Shown piece by piece: positions 22,574 to 36,574 of a DNA stretch of 64,000 bases. The DNA is from Eledone cirrhosa (lineage: Eukaryota). Within the stretch, counting starts at the first letter, position 1. Each line of letters opens with the position of its first letter. The DNA lies in NCBI GenBank assembly GCA_964016885.1, contig OZ024744.1, positions 70,122,001 to 70,186,000 on the forward strand, read 5' to 3'. The position numbers were made by a program, and so were the translations under genes. The notes under the pieces were generated by a model that was not told where the DNA came from, did no database searches, and saw only the letters and a list, made by a program, of their open reading frames with translations.

Positions 22574-23640
22574 TTAATTAGGTTTATAGTATTTAAATGT
22601 TTTTCGTATACGGTGATTACAAACTATAATCAGTTCCTGTCTTTTATTTAACAAATCGTCCTTAGATTTAGTCATTTCCAAGATCTCTCCGGAACATAAC
22701 CTGCATTCTCTCCTGTTCCCAAGATATGGAGTTCTTTGTAGAATGGTGTTCCACCATAGCTTGAAATCTATTTTTTTCTTTTTATAGTTATTTACAGCTT
22801 CAGCTAAAGATGTGGTGTTAGCTAGTTTAGTATTGTTAAAACTACTGGAGTGTGCGTAATATCTTTTCTTAAATGTGTCCGATGTAGATCCTATATATGT
22901 TTTGTTGGAGTCAGTAGTAGACACAGTGCATTTATATATTACATTATTAATCAAACAGTTGCCATTTAAGGGGCAAACGCTTCTATTTCTGCAATTACAA
23001 CCATACGTAAGATGGTTGTTGGGGGTACCTACACAATTCTCATTAATCCTGGAGCTATTCTTATTGTAATTAGTGTTAGAGAGAGAATGAGTGCTGCTTT
23101 GTGAGTGATTTAGTGATTTTGTGTTATGTTGTTTTTGTGTTGGTGATTTGGGTGGTTGTGTTTTCCAGGTTGAAGGATTGTATTATTTGTCCTTTTAAAA
23201 GGTGCAGTCCTATTTAAATTATGTTGTGGTGGTGTGGTCATATTATTTTTAAATTTACAAATGTTGTAGTTTCTTATTTTCCGTTGGAAATTGTTTGATG
23301 TAGAGTATGAGAATTTAACAGTATACCTGTTAAATATTTGGTGGTATCTGTGATTTGGTGGAAAGTGTTTATGTAAAATTTCGAAGAATTTTTTGGGGAT
23401 TTAACCAATAGTTTGCAGGTTGAAGGGTGCGTTATACCATGTTATGTTTCTTTTGCGGTTTTTAGTTAAGTTCTTATTCTCACTTACATTAATGTGCTGC
23501 GTTCTAGAAGGATTCTTATGGTTAGTATTTGTATTTGTGGAATTTGGTAAATTGCAGTGGTTGTATTTGGTGTTATTATTGGGTAGATTATGAGAGATGG
23601 AATGTTTGGTAGTCATATGTGAGTTGTTAACATTGGTCAT
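22574..23640 (-). pseudogene. PLE (Naiad-like) C-terminal fragment: linker + GIY-YIG
   Basis: RKRNITWYNAPF, CNCRNRSVCPLNGNC, VIYKCTV...YIGSTS..FKKRY. Multiple stops. Confidence 0.85.
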
Positions 23641-24046
23641 AGATCGTGTAGTAATAGTAGTTTTTGAAAAGCATTAGAAATGCGCAAAATACGAAATCGA
23701 ATTTCGAATAGAAGAAAAGAGCGTTTCGACGGACGATAAATTAAAACAAGCAAAAAAAAAAAAGACAGAAGAGAAAACCATTCACTAATCTGATTGGTTA
23801 TCTGTCAACTTTTCACTTCGCGTATTAATGGATATTTTTGTTGATAGAAATGATGGCGGCTTCTAAAGACATTCAATTTTGAACATCTTGAAGTTGAGTT
23901 ATTTCACTTAGCAAATTATATTTTTTGATTACTAATAATCGAAAAACATTTTTCTTGAGACTCCGATGTCGAAAATCAAATCCGTTGTTCTCTAGGCAGC
24001 CTTGTTTCGGAGCTTTCCAGCTACATACACACATACATAAGCTCTC

Positions 24047-24133
<87 letters not shown>

Positions 24134-24317
24134 TATTAGTTTAACAATAATTTATTATCATTGTTAAACTAATATCTAATATGTCAGACTGTATCTAAAG
24201 GATTGTCTCAGCGAAACACGGAGCCTATCTCCCTAAATTACTAGCCAATGGATTACATTGAGTTCTAACTACGGTTCTAACTACGGTATAGACCCTACCA
24301 CGAAAGGTAGACCACAT

Positions 24318-24358
<41 letters not shown>

Positions 24359-26121
24359 CCAATGGGATCGTCCGATTCCGCGCAGGTTACCGATCTTCTG
24401 GGAATTTTTATCCTTAATATGATAAATAGAAAACTGCCGGAGATTACCGATGGTTTAGGTTTATATAGAGATGATATATTGTTTACTGAAGTTAAACATA
24501 GCAATAGTGAACTAAATAGGGTAAAGAAAACAATTATAGAATTCTTTAAAAATTACGACCTGAAATTAGAAGTAGAAATTAACAGTAAAGTAGTTAACTT
24601 CCTAGATGTCACCCTTAATTTAAATTCAGGACTCTATTACCCCTTCCATAAACCCAATGAAAACCTAAATTATGTTAGCTTTTATTCAATCATCCTAAAT
24701 GTGTTAAAAATGCAATAGTCAATAGTGTTCAACAACGTCCAACTAGATTATCTGCTAACAAATCCATTTTTAATAGCAAAGCTAGCTGGATATTATAATG
24801 AAGCGTTGCATAAGGCAGGATATAAAAATAATATTGAATAGGTAGATAATAGTAATTGTAATTATAAACTAAATAATAATAGGAATAATATAAATAAAGC
24901 AGACTGTAAAAATAAAAATAAAAAATAATATAATTATAAATAAAAATACTAATTTCGTGAATAAATCGGGGAAAAAAATTAGAACTAGATCTGTTATTTG
25001 GTATGCCCCACCAGCATCTTTAGCTATCTAAACACTATTAGCACAATTATTTTTTAAAGCATTAGATAAATGTTTCCCTAGAACACATAAATACTACTCT
25101 ATCTTCAATAGACATACGGTTAAACTATCTTACTCAACAACTATGAATATGGCTCAAAATATTACAAAAATAAATAGCAGAATTCTTAGTTCTAACCAAC
25201 AGATAATTAGTGATAATGACAATATTAATATTAACAATACTATAGTTGCAGAGAATAACAATAACATTAATTTAAGCACTTACAGTAGAACACCTACAAA
25301 TATTAGCAATGATAATGCGAGCAGTTTAGATTATAGATATAACAGAAAATCGAACTGTAACTGTAGAAGATCTGAATGCCCTTTACAAAATAACTGCCTA
25401 GATAAGAACTTAGTATATAAATGTACCATTAAAGTAAATAATAATTGTTTCTACTTTTGGCACAAGGCCAGCAATTATCCCAGTGTATTACTGGTATTAC
25501 CGTTAAAGCAAATAATAATATTACCTATAACTACATAGGTGAAACTTCATCGAGCTTTAAACTGAAATGTTCCAATGATAAACATTCTTTTTCTAATCCG
25601 GATAAGAAATTTTCCACTTCTTTATCACAATTAATATGGTCTTTAAAAGAGAAAAATATAAAATACTCAATATTTTCGTCTAAACTTCGGAACTGTGAAG
25701 TTTACCGGAATAACTCTATCTCACCTAACTGCAATCTTTGCAATACTGAGACTCTATTAATAATTGCTAATTATGGTAATTTAATTAACAAGAAAAGTGA
25801 GTTATTCTCAAATTGCCTGCATAAATCTGCATCGACATTTCAAGCATCATATAAAATCAGGAAAAAATATTGACTGAGTGAGAAAAGATATTGACTCTTA
25901 TTAATAATTCTTGTAATGCTTATAATATTGCTATTATTAATATTATGTATAATGTTTCTACCTAACCTTAGGAAATGTCTACCTGTTCTTTTAAAGAGTA
26001 TGATAATCTCTCGATTGTTTGAATACCCTTAGTTTTAATTTAGAATTTTTTTAAATCCTGTATTTTATAAATTTGAAATCTGTAATATCTTCAGACTCTT
26101 AAACCGTTTAATTAATTTCGG

Positions 26122-26301
26122 TGGATTGGCAGTATCAGTAGAGGGTCGGACGCCATGCTTTCCAGCATAGTTACGTCCCTTTACTATCTGAGTTCAAATC
26201 CCGCCGAGGTTGACTTTGCCTTTCATCCTTACGGGGTCGATAACATAAAGTACCAGTAATGCACTGGGTAATTGCTGGCCTTGTGCCTAAAGTAGAAACA
26301 A
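26122..26301 (+). mobile_element. tRNA-derived SINE, octopus-type, with Deu/Nin-like central domain
   Basis: A-box-like TGGCAGTATCAGTAG, B-box GAGTTCAAATCCC, central GCCTTTCATCCTTACGGGGTCGATAA...AGTACCAG. GC-richer island in AT-rich DNA. Family assignment is from recall. Confidence 0.7.
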
Positions 26302-27212
26302 TTAATTTAAATGTTTAGATACGTCGTACGAAGATATTGTTTACATTTATCGTATATAAGTTTCGTTTTGTCTAAATTGATTAATAATCTGTATTTAACT
26401 TGATTTATAGTATTGAATACAGTAAAATTTAGTTAAATCAAAATAACAATACTCTCAAGTGTAATTATAACTAATAATTAATCTTATATATAATTGACAA
26501 ATATTGATTTAAATTATATAGTTTATATAATAGAACTATACAAATGCTAATATCTAAATAAGTTAGGTTTAATAATATCATATTTACTACATTTATAAGC
26601 ACCATTGTTCGTTAATAATATTTTTAATTTTCATTTTTCTAACTAAATTATTGATTATATTTATTAATTTAAATATACTCTTGATTACCCTTAAAATTAT
26701 GTTATATTATCTTTTTCACTTTATATTGTTTTAATTTTCATATAATATAATAGTATAATTTCTTTCAAATATTATAGACTAAAAATTTCACGGTATTTAA
26801 TTGATTATTTTTAATTAACTTAATATTTTGAAAAAAAACGGTCACGCATCATATACCTTTATTCTTCTTTTCCTTATGTAATTATATTATACCATACATA
26901 TCTCCCTTTCTTTGTTTTTAATATCATCTCTCTTTTTAGCTCTCTCATTTGCTTCTTCTTTAATACGAATGTTTACATATTTAATTATTTAAATTTTTTA
27001 ACAGTTATGTACTTGTATGTTTATATATTTTACTTGTCTTTATATATACTTATTATATTATTTTATACACGTTTTCCTACGCACCCTCTCAGTTATATGT
27101 AGTTTGTCATGTTACTACTTATGGTATATTAATTTTGAGTTTTGTCATAACTAATCACTGCCAAAACTGGAATTGAACCATCAGCACAGTTGAGGTATGT
27201 CAGACATCAATT

Positions 27213-27278
27213 TATTTTATCTGATGAGGACGTACTGATGAAACAGCTCAGTACCTCTGAAATATATATAACAAAATA
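27213..27278 (+). ncRNA. Type I hammerhead in pLTR
   Basis: TATTTTAT-CTGATGA-[gtactga/tcagtac stem II]-GAAA-TATATA-TA/ACAAAATA. Confidence 0.7.
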
Positions 27279-27322
27279 TATTTGATCACATGAATGTCTA
27301 TATTTATTAATATTTTGAAGTA

Positions 27323-27363
<41 letters not shown>

Positions 27364-27399
27364 TTACATGAATCAAAGTTCTGTTCAAACCATTTATTA

Positions 27400-27444
27400 G
27401 CTTACAATTGTTTCTTCCAAACCGAGGTTTGGAGTCTTCGGAGC
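27400..27444 (-). ncRNA. Type I hammerhead, U4C core variant
   Basis: GCU-CCGAAGA-[uccaaacc/gguuugga]-GAAA-CAAUUG-UA/AGC. Second copy at 44295-44339. Confidence 0.68.
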
Positions 27445-27630
27445 AATTTTTCAATGATTGTTTACGTACATGACCTCCTTTCCAACACAAGAGACATACA
27501 GAAACACATGTATATATCGATGCACAGTGGGGTGACATCCAGTATAATATTTTAGTGAGGTGACATCCGTTATAAAAGGTCGCATTTTTATCAAATACAT
27601 CCTGGTTAGACGAAATATTAGAAATATATG

Positions 27631-27661
<31 letters not shown>

Positions 27662-27700
27662 GTATATATGTATATATATATATGTATATGTATGTATATA

Positions 27701-28006
27701 TAGCGGCGGTGAATTAGTTTTGCGAGGTTTTTTATATGAAATCGTGTGTCGAAACAAATATTGTTATACTTGGGGAGTGTCATATTTGTGTAATATTGCC
27801 AGAATTAATAACAGAACACACTCACTGTTTGGTTGGTTTTCGCTTCTCGCTTCTGTGTCTTTTATATCGGTAATCTAACTTACTCGGTCCTCAATGTTGC
27901 CATTGACTGACCGACGGTCAAAAATAATACAGATACAATATAGACACAAACACATATATATAGTTTATCATAAATCTTTCGTTGCACATCTGCAACATCG
28001 TCAGTG
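27701..28006 (-). mobile_element. Solo PLE pLTR (same family as 46253-47206) with hammerhead at 27969-28006
   Basis: Reverse complement of 47041-47206 plus a 139-bp internal segment. CUGACGA-U-GUUGCA gaug UGCAAC-GAAA-GAUUUA. Confidence 0.75.
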
Positions 28007-28015
28007 TATATATAC

Positions 28016-28046
<31 letters not shown>

Positions 28047-28117
28047 CATATATACATATATATATATATACATATATATATACATATATACATATATATA
28101 TATACATATATATATAC

Positions 28118-28182
<65 letters not shown>

Positions 28183-28195
28183 TACATATATATAC

Positions 28196-28388
28196 GCTTT
28201 CACCGTATTTTAGACTACGGCAACACTCATCTTTTTCCATTTCTCCGAGGGTTATAAACCCCACTATCAGGCCAGAAATTTCTTTAGTCTAAAATACGGT
28301 GAAAGCCTATAATTTCTAATTTCTAATTTCAAACTCGCGCACCGTTTCAAAAACATACTTACATGTTTACGTTTATAATTTGCTTGTA
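28196..28388. repeat. About 190-bp dispersed repeat with an internal 22-bp inverted repeat
   Basis: GCTTTCACCGTATTTTAGACTA ... TAGTCTAAAATACGGTGAAAGC. Second copy at 45277-45470. Confidence 0.8.
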
Positions 28389-28603
28389 CATATATATACA
28401 TACATATATACATATATACACATATATACATATACATATATATATACATATATATATATACATATATGTATTCATATATATATACATATATATATATACA
28501 TATATATATATATACATATATATACATATATATACATATATACATATATATACATATATATATATACATATATATATATATACATATATATACATATATA
28601 TAC

Positions 28604-28670
<67 letters not shown>

Positions 28671-28681
28671 CATATATATAC

Positions 28682-28728
<47 letters not shown>

Positions 28729-28741
28729 TATACATATATAC

Positions 28742-28780
<39 letters not shown>

Positions 28781-28803
28781 CATATATATACATATATATA
28801 TAC

Positions 28804-28937
<134 letters not shown>

Positions 28938-29168
28938 GTGAGGTTTTTTTTACAAAATGAAAAATACCTGTGACAAACCCCCACCCCCCTCCTATTTGAA
29001 GAACTATTGTAACGCGAACTGGCGCGAAATTTATTATAATTATTGACAAACCAATCAAATTACTTCTCGAAAAACCTGGCATTTCGAGCCACTTTTTCGA
29101 TATAAAACAAGTAACATTCAGAGACCAACCAGATGTGAGAAAAACCACAGACCCTCCATCTCAACTCA

Positions 29169-29206
29169 CCATTTGAAAAGCAGAACAACTGCGAAACCGG
29201 TAAAGG
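29169..29206 (+). ncRNA. Minimal type I hammerhead, U3-A8 variant
   Basis: TTGAAAA-GCAG aacaa CTGC-GAAA-CCGG-TA/AAGG, palindromic stem III ACCGGT. Confidence 0.7.
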
Positions 29207-29538
29207 AACCAAATAAATATATATATATTTTTTTAAATAAGACTCCAGTTGCATTTTCGATTTCATCTCTTTTTCTTTATATATATATATATATATACAT
29301 ATATATACATATATATATATATATACATACATATACATACATATATATACATATATATATATACATATATATATATACATATATATATACATACATATAT
29401 GTATACATATATATACATATACATATATATATATATACATATATATATATACATATATATACATTGATATATATACATATATATATATATATACATATTT
29501 ATATATACATATATATATATGCATATATATATACATAT

Positions 29539-29814
29539 GCACGTGGGAAAGTAAAAAATCGGAGAATAGACCGTTAAAACATGTTTATTTAAAACAGCAC
29601 CTACGTACCTTTCGTCCAGTTGGGCTTCTCAAGGGCATAAATAATCACAAGTGTTCCTTATATTTAACCCCAAAAACTCTTTCCGAGCAATATAAGGAAC
29701 ACTTGTGATTATTTATGACCTTGAGAAGCCCAACTGGGCGAAACGTACGTAGGTGCTGTTTTAAATAAACATGTTTTAACGGTCTATTCTCCGAGTTTTT
29801 ACTTTCCCACGTGC
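29539..29814. mobile_element. Fold-back pLTR mini-element (126-bp arms) with two hammerheads
   Basis: 29539-29664 vs 29689-29814 are inverted. Hammerheads at 29599-29635 (-) and 29718-29754 (+). Confidence 0.75.
29718..29754 (+). ncRNA. Minimal type I hammerhead, U3-A8 variant
   Basis: ACC-TTGAGAA-GCCCA ac TGGGC-GAAA-CGTACG-TA/GGT, palindromic stem III ACGTACGT. Confidence 0.75.
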
Positions 29815-30502
29815 TTACGCTCTGCTAACTCTCTAGCCCACTAAATATTAACACTTCGAATATTTAATACTGCCGGCACTAGTATCGAGCACCTTTGGCA
29901 TACGCTACTTGGCAAATAACTATATGTATCACCTATCCCCCCTTTTTTTCTCTTTCTCGATATGTAAATACTATGTATATACATATATATATATTCATAT
30001 ATATATATACATATATATATACATATATATACATATATATATATATACATATATATACATATACATATATATACATATATATATATATATACATTATATA
30101 TATATATACATATATATATACATATATATACATATATATATATATATATACATATATATACATATTTATATATATACATACATCTACATATATATACATA
30201 CATATATATATATATATACATACATATATATATATACATAGAGATATATATATATACATATATATACATACATAGACATATATATATATACACATATATA
30301 TATATACATATATACACATATATATATATACATATATACACATATATATACATACATAGACATATATATATACATATATACACATATTATATATACATAT
30401 ATACACATATATATACATACATAGACATATATATATACATATATAGACATATATATACATATATATACATATATATATATACATATATATACATATATAT
30501 AC

Positions 30503-30557
<55 letters not shown>

Positions 30558-30779
30558 CATATATATATATATACATATACATACATATATATATACATAT
30601 ACATATATATATACATACATATATATATAAGGATTAGAATACTGGAGCGTGTTTGAGTCAAACACCCTCTTCGTATTATAGAAATGACCATAAAAGGTAT
30701 AGCTCAATGCAGTTAAACAGAACCAAAAAATTAAGAGAGTAAAACAAAGAATCCTTTAATACATCAAAAGTTTTTATTA

Positions 30780-30817
30780 GCCGACAATGTTTCGTCCTAT
30801 TAAGGACTCATCAGGGC
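30780..30817 (-). ncRNA. Minimal type I hammerhead (left palindrome arm)
   Basis: Reverse complement of 35828-35865. Confidence 0.8.
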
Positions 30818-31167
30818 AATCAAAACAACAAGAGGTAATATCAGCAGATACAAGCCAGAAACTCTGAAGAATATGGAGTGTACATACACTAATGTCTTAC
30901 AAAAATATATGATAATAAAAATGAAAATAAAGATAAAAATAATAAAAATATATAAGAATAACTAAGGATGTAGATAACATTAAGAACCATATTACAAATA
31001 TAGTCCAAAGCAACCAACCTAAATCTAAACAAATTTGGTTATATAGAGCAGGAATTATATATAACACAATATAATACATTATAATAATTATCATAATAAT
31101 ATACTTTTACCAACATTAAAATTCCAAATTTAAAAATCAAAAGGTACAATATATACATGTATATATG

Positions 31168-31225
<58 letters not shown>

Positions 31226-32731
31226 ACAACCCACACATCTATGTTCGACTACACAAAAATTAAGCCCTATTAGAAGTTTGAATATTAAAAATAAGCATGG
31301 TAAGAGTGAAAATAATACTAATACATCTACCCAATATACATGAGGCAATAATATGATATAATTACAAGAAACACATATAACAAATAATAAACAACAAAAT
31401 TATATAATTCAATATAATATAATAAAATAGATAATCCCCGGTTAATTTACAGAAACAATATAGATGTCACAATAAAATACAATGATAAAACGTTAACAGT
31501 GTATTAACATGTATCATAAACAATATATACAAATTGATTCATACTGGGTTACAGAATAAATGAGGAAATATAAATTATATAATACTCAAAAAAACTATAA
31601 TGGTACAGGGAAAAATTATGATGTTACAGAAAAAATATGATGTTACAGAAAAAAATATATACAGACATCTAACATGATATGTAAAGTCTAAATATCATAA
31701 TGTTACATATTACAATATTACAAAAAACCAGACATCTTACATGATATATAAAGTTTAAATATCATGATGTTACATATAATGAACAATAAGTAATAAGGAT
31801 CAATATTACATATAATATAATATAATATATTATAAAATTGGCATACAATATATAAATACTTATAATTACAAGGTTAGTAGACAGACATATGTGGATGAGT
31901 GAGCGAAGCCAGACAGTGAATAGTAAATAGAATATAGAATAAAACAAATAAATACAATCAACCGGAAATTACAAAACAAAAGCAAATGTATACACATTTA
32001 GGCCTCGCGTGCATTTAAGAAATTAGGTAAACACTAAGGAAAGCAATCATTTTAATTGACTCCAAACCCTATTTGATAAATTAATATTAAAAATATCGAA
32101 CCCGTCCAATAAGGTAGTATAATATTAGCTGTAGTTTAAGTCATTAAAGTATATAAACTTTAATGTATCGTTACAAATGTTTACAAAAAGGAATAAAATT
32201 ATACTATCATATACGCAACGATATCTAAAAAACTGACTTAAGTAGAATTAAGGTAGGCTAATGGGGACAGAATTGACGAAATATATGGAGGGTGCGAAGT
32301 GGCATAAAATATATTCGATATACTATAATAAATAATAGAACGGAGCATAAAAGAGGGGGGGGTTAAATATAATCATATTCAATCTGGAGGGGTTGACAAT
32401 AAGTTTATGTGCGCATGGGGGGAGGGGGGAAAGGGGGTTGTCGATAGATAAATCAGAATAGACTTAGAAATAAAAATAGAATTAAAAATAAAATTAAAGT
32501 TAATAATAATAAAAAAAATCAAGATAATAGAATAACGTAAGTGGCATAAAGTGTGTAATCTTATGTATACTAACAAGGTGTAATAGTGAAGACATAGGTA
32601 TGGTACAGTAGCCAAATGATTATGAGAGCTAGAATGAAGAGTCATCAAAAACCAATGGTAATAATGATGATAACATTAATGTTGGCAAACAAAAGAACCC
32701 AAACAAAAAACTAAGTAATGGAATATATCTG

Positions 32732-33305
32732 CTAATGGGTACAATTTGTACTACTAGAACATTTGGGTTTATAATAAAAATAAGAATTAGAAATGGCATG
32801 GGGGCAAGAAGAGAATATCTCAGACTTTCTATTCAGTAAGGGTACGCTAGAGAAAATAATAGAGTGTGTCTCGAGTATACAGAGATTACAAAACTTACTA
32901 TGTGCAGAAAGGTCGTTAGATCGTGCTACTAAACTCCAGTTAAGGCTATATGGTATATAAGCTCCCTTAAGATCCCAGATATAATGCGCTAAAGAGGTAG
33001 AATTCTTAAACCTAACATGTTTGAAGTTAGAGATATGAGAGTTAAACCTAGTCTTAAAAGTGTTTGAAGTAGATCCTATATACGTTCTTTTAGAGGAATT
33101 AGTTATAACCTCGCAAGCGTAGACAATGTTCTTAGAAAGGCAGTTACCGTTTAGAGGGCAGTTAGCACTCACTCTACAATTGCACTTCCGGGTGTTATTG
33201 GTTGGCTCGAGTGGTGATGTATTACACGTAGGACCTCTATTAGATAAGGACTGTTCTGGTGGTAAAGCATTGTCCGATCCATTCAGACTAGTAGTATGTA
33301 GAGAG
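32732..33305 (-). pseudogene. PLE GIY-YIG endonuclease fragment (left arm)
   Basis: CNCRVSANCPLNGNC, IVYACEV...YIGSTSNTFKTRF, CNLCILE, LNRKSE. Confidence 0.88.
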
Positions 33306-33339
33306 GAGAATCCATCCCTAATTTTCCATCCCTAATTTT

Positions 33340-33914
33340 CCTCTCTACATACTACTAGTCTGAATGGATCGGACAATGCTTTACCACCAGAACAGTCCTT
33401 ATCTAATAGAGGTCCTACGTGTAATACATCACCACTCGAGCCAACCAATAACACCCGGAAGTGCAATTGTAGAGTGAGTGCTAACTGCCCTCTAAACGGT
33501 AACTGCCTTTCTAAGAACATTGTCTACGCTTGCGAGGTTATAACTAATTCCTCTAAAAGAACGTATATAGGATCTACTTCAAACACTTTTAAGACTAGGT
33601 TTAACTCTCGTATCTCTAACTTCAAACATGTTAGGTTTAAGAATTCTACCTCTTTAGCACATTATATCTGGGATCTTAAGGGAGCTTATATACCATATAG
33701 CCTTAACTGGAGTTTAGTAGCACGATCTAACGACCTTTCTGCACATAGTAAGTTTTGTAATCTCTGTATACTTGAGACACACTCTATTATTTTCTCTAGC
33801 GTACCCTTACTGAATAGAAAGTCTGAGATATTCTCTTCTTGCCCCCATGCCATTTCTAATTCTTATTTTTATTATAAACCCAAATGTTCTAGTAGTACAA
33901 ATTGTACCCATTAG
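33340..33914 (+). pseudogene. PLE GIY-YIG endonuclease fragment (right arm)
   Basis: Same protein as the left arm apart from one H/R change. Confidence 0.88.
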
Positions 33915-35421
33915 CAGATATATTCCATTACTTAGTTTTTTGTTTGGGTTCTTTTGTTTGCCAACATTAATGTTATCATCATTATTACCATTGGTTTTTG
34001 ATGACTCTTCATTCTAGCTCTCATAATCATTTGGCTACTGTACCATACCTATGTCTTCACTATTACACCTTGTTAGTATACATAAGATTACACACTTTAT
34101 GCCACTTACGTTATTCTATTATCTTGATTTTTTTTATTATTATTAACTTTAATTTTATTTTTAATTCTATTTTTATTTCTAAGTCTATTCTGATTTATCT
34201 ATCGACAACCCCCTTTCCCCCCTCCCCCCATGCGCACATAAACTTATTGTCAACCCCTCCAGATTGAATATGATTATATTTAACCCCCCCCCTCTTTTAT
34301 GCTCCGTTCTATTATTTATTATAGTATATCGAATATATTTTATGCCACTTCGCACCCTCCATATATTTCGTCAATTCTGTCCCCATTAGCCTACCTTAAT
34401 TCTACTTAAGTCAGTTTTTTAGATATCGTTGCGTATATGATAGTATAATTTTATTCCTTTTTGTAAACATTTGTAACGATACATTAAAGTTTATATACTT
34501 TAATGACTTAAACTACAGCTAATATTATACTACCTTATTGGACGGGTTCGATATTTTTAATATTAATTTATCAAATAGGGTTTGGAGTCAATTAAAATGA
34601 TTGCTTTCCTTAGTGTTTACCTAATTTCTTAAATGCACGCGAGGCCTAAATGTGTATACATTTGCTTTTGTTTTGTAATTTCCGGTTGATTGTATTTATT
34701 TGTTTTATTCTATATTCTATTTACTATTCACTGTCTGGCTTCGCTCACTCATCCACATATGTCTGTCTACTAACCTTGTAATTATAAGTATTTATATATT
34801 TTATGCCAATTTTATAATATATTATATTATATTATATGTAATATTGATCCTTATTACTTATTGTTCATTATATGTAACATCATGATATTTAAACTTTATA
34901 TATCATGTAAGATGTCTGGTTTTTTGTAATATTGTAATATGTAACATTATGATATTTAGACTTTACATATCATGTTAGATGTCTGTATATATTTTTTTCT
35001 GTAACATCATATTTTTTCTGTAACATCATAATTTTTCCCTGTACCATTATAGTTTTTTTGAGTATTATATAATTTATATTTCCTCATTTATTCTGTAACC
35101 CAGTATGAATCAATTTGTATATATTGTTTATGATACATGTTAATACACTGTTAACGTTTTATCATTGTATTTTATTGTGACATCTATATTGTTTCTGTAA
35201 ATTAACCGGGGATTATCTATTTTATTATATTATATTGAATTATATAATTTTGTTGTTTATTATTTGTTATATGTGTTTCTTGTAATTATATCATATTATT
35301 GCCTCATGTATATTGGGTAGATGTATTAGTATTATTTTCACTCTTACCATGCTTATTTTTAATATTCAAACTTCTAATAGGGCTTAATTTTTGTGTAGTC
35401 GAACATAGATGTGTGGGTTGT

Positions 35422-35477
<56 letters not shown>

Positions 35478-35827
35478 CATATATACATGTATATATTGTA
35501 CCTTTTGATTTTTAAATTTGGAATTTTAATGTTGGTAAAAGTATATTATTATGATAATTATTATAATATATTATATTGTGTTATATATAATTCCTGCTCT
35601 ATATAACCAAATTTGTTTAGATTTAGGTTGGTTGCTTTGGACTATATTTGTAATATGGTTCTTAATGTTATCTACATCCTTAGTTATTCTTATATATTTT
35701 TATTATTTTTATCTTTATTTTCATTTTTATTATCATATATTTTTGTAAGACATTAGTGTATGTACACTCCATATTCTTCAGAGTTTCTGGCTTGTATCTG
35801 CTGATATTACCTCTTGTTGTTTTGATT

Positions 35828-35865
35828 GCCCTGATGAGTCCTTAATAGGACGAAACATTGTCGGC
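35828..35865 (+). ncRNA. Minimal type I hammerhead, canonical core
   Basis: GCC-CTGATGA-GTCC ttaata GGAC-GAAA-CATTG-TC/GGC, followed by AATAAA. Confidence 0.85.
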
Positions 35866-36331
35866 TAATAAAAACTTTTGATGTATTAAAGGATTCTTTG
35901 TTTTACTCTCTTAATACATATATATATATACATACATACACATATATATACATACATATACATATATATACATACATACATATATATATACATACATATA
36001 CACACATATATATATATATACATACACATATATATATACATATAAATATACATATATATATATATATGTGAAAAATATGGGGAGAAGAATACTGCATGGT
36101 TGCACATGTATAACATGTTATAAAATGAGTCCCTCATCAGTGATTTGCTAACGGTCATTGGTATTTCATTAAAAATCATATACCTCACGTTGGTGCAATA
36201 ATAACTAAAATAAGTTATTAGGACAATTAAAACGCGTAAAGCGAGTGAGACAAGTAAACAACACAGGGGAAAGCTAACCGAAGATAGGAAGAAACCCAAG
36301 CTACATAGTTATTCTATCAGTATAAGCTGGG

Positions 36332-36431
<100 letters not shown>

Positions 36432-36450
36432 TATACATATATACATATAT

Positions 36451-36483
<33 letters not shown>

Positions 36484-36494
36484 TATATATATAC

Positions 36495-36525
<31 letters not shown>

Positions 36526-36574
36526 CAAATATATATATATATACATATATATATATACATATATATATACATAT

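Larger units (their letters stand above)
24360..27300 (+). mobile_element. Decayed Naiad-like PLE (coding remnant 24360-25873) with long AT-rich 3' region ending in a hammerhead pLTR
   Basis: PMGSSDSAQVTDLLG, GLYRDD, NFLDVTLNL, CNCRRSECPLQNNC, YIGETS. Many stops and frameshifts. Confidence 0.82.
30730..35915. mobile_element. 5.2-kb head-to-head palindrome of a 5'-truncated Naiad-like PLE
   Basis: 30730-33308 is the near-identical reverse complement of 33339-35915. Each arm is a GIY-YIG fragment + 1.9-kb AT-rich region + hammerhead. Confidence 0.92.

Noticed and set aside
23640-24048. Possible second Helitron/Helentron-like element
   Set aside because: Only a suggestive (CATA)n end. No CTRR terminus or hairpin identified.
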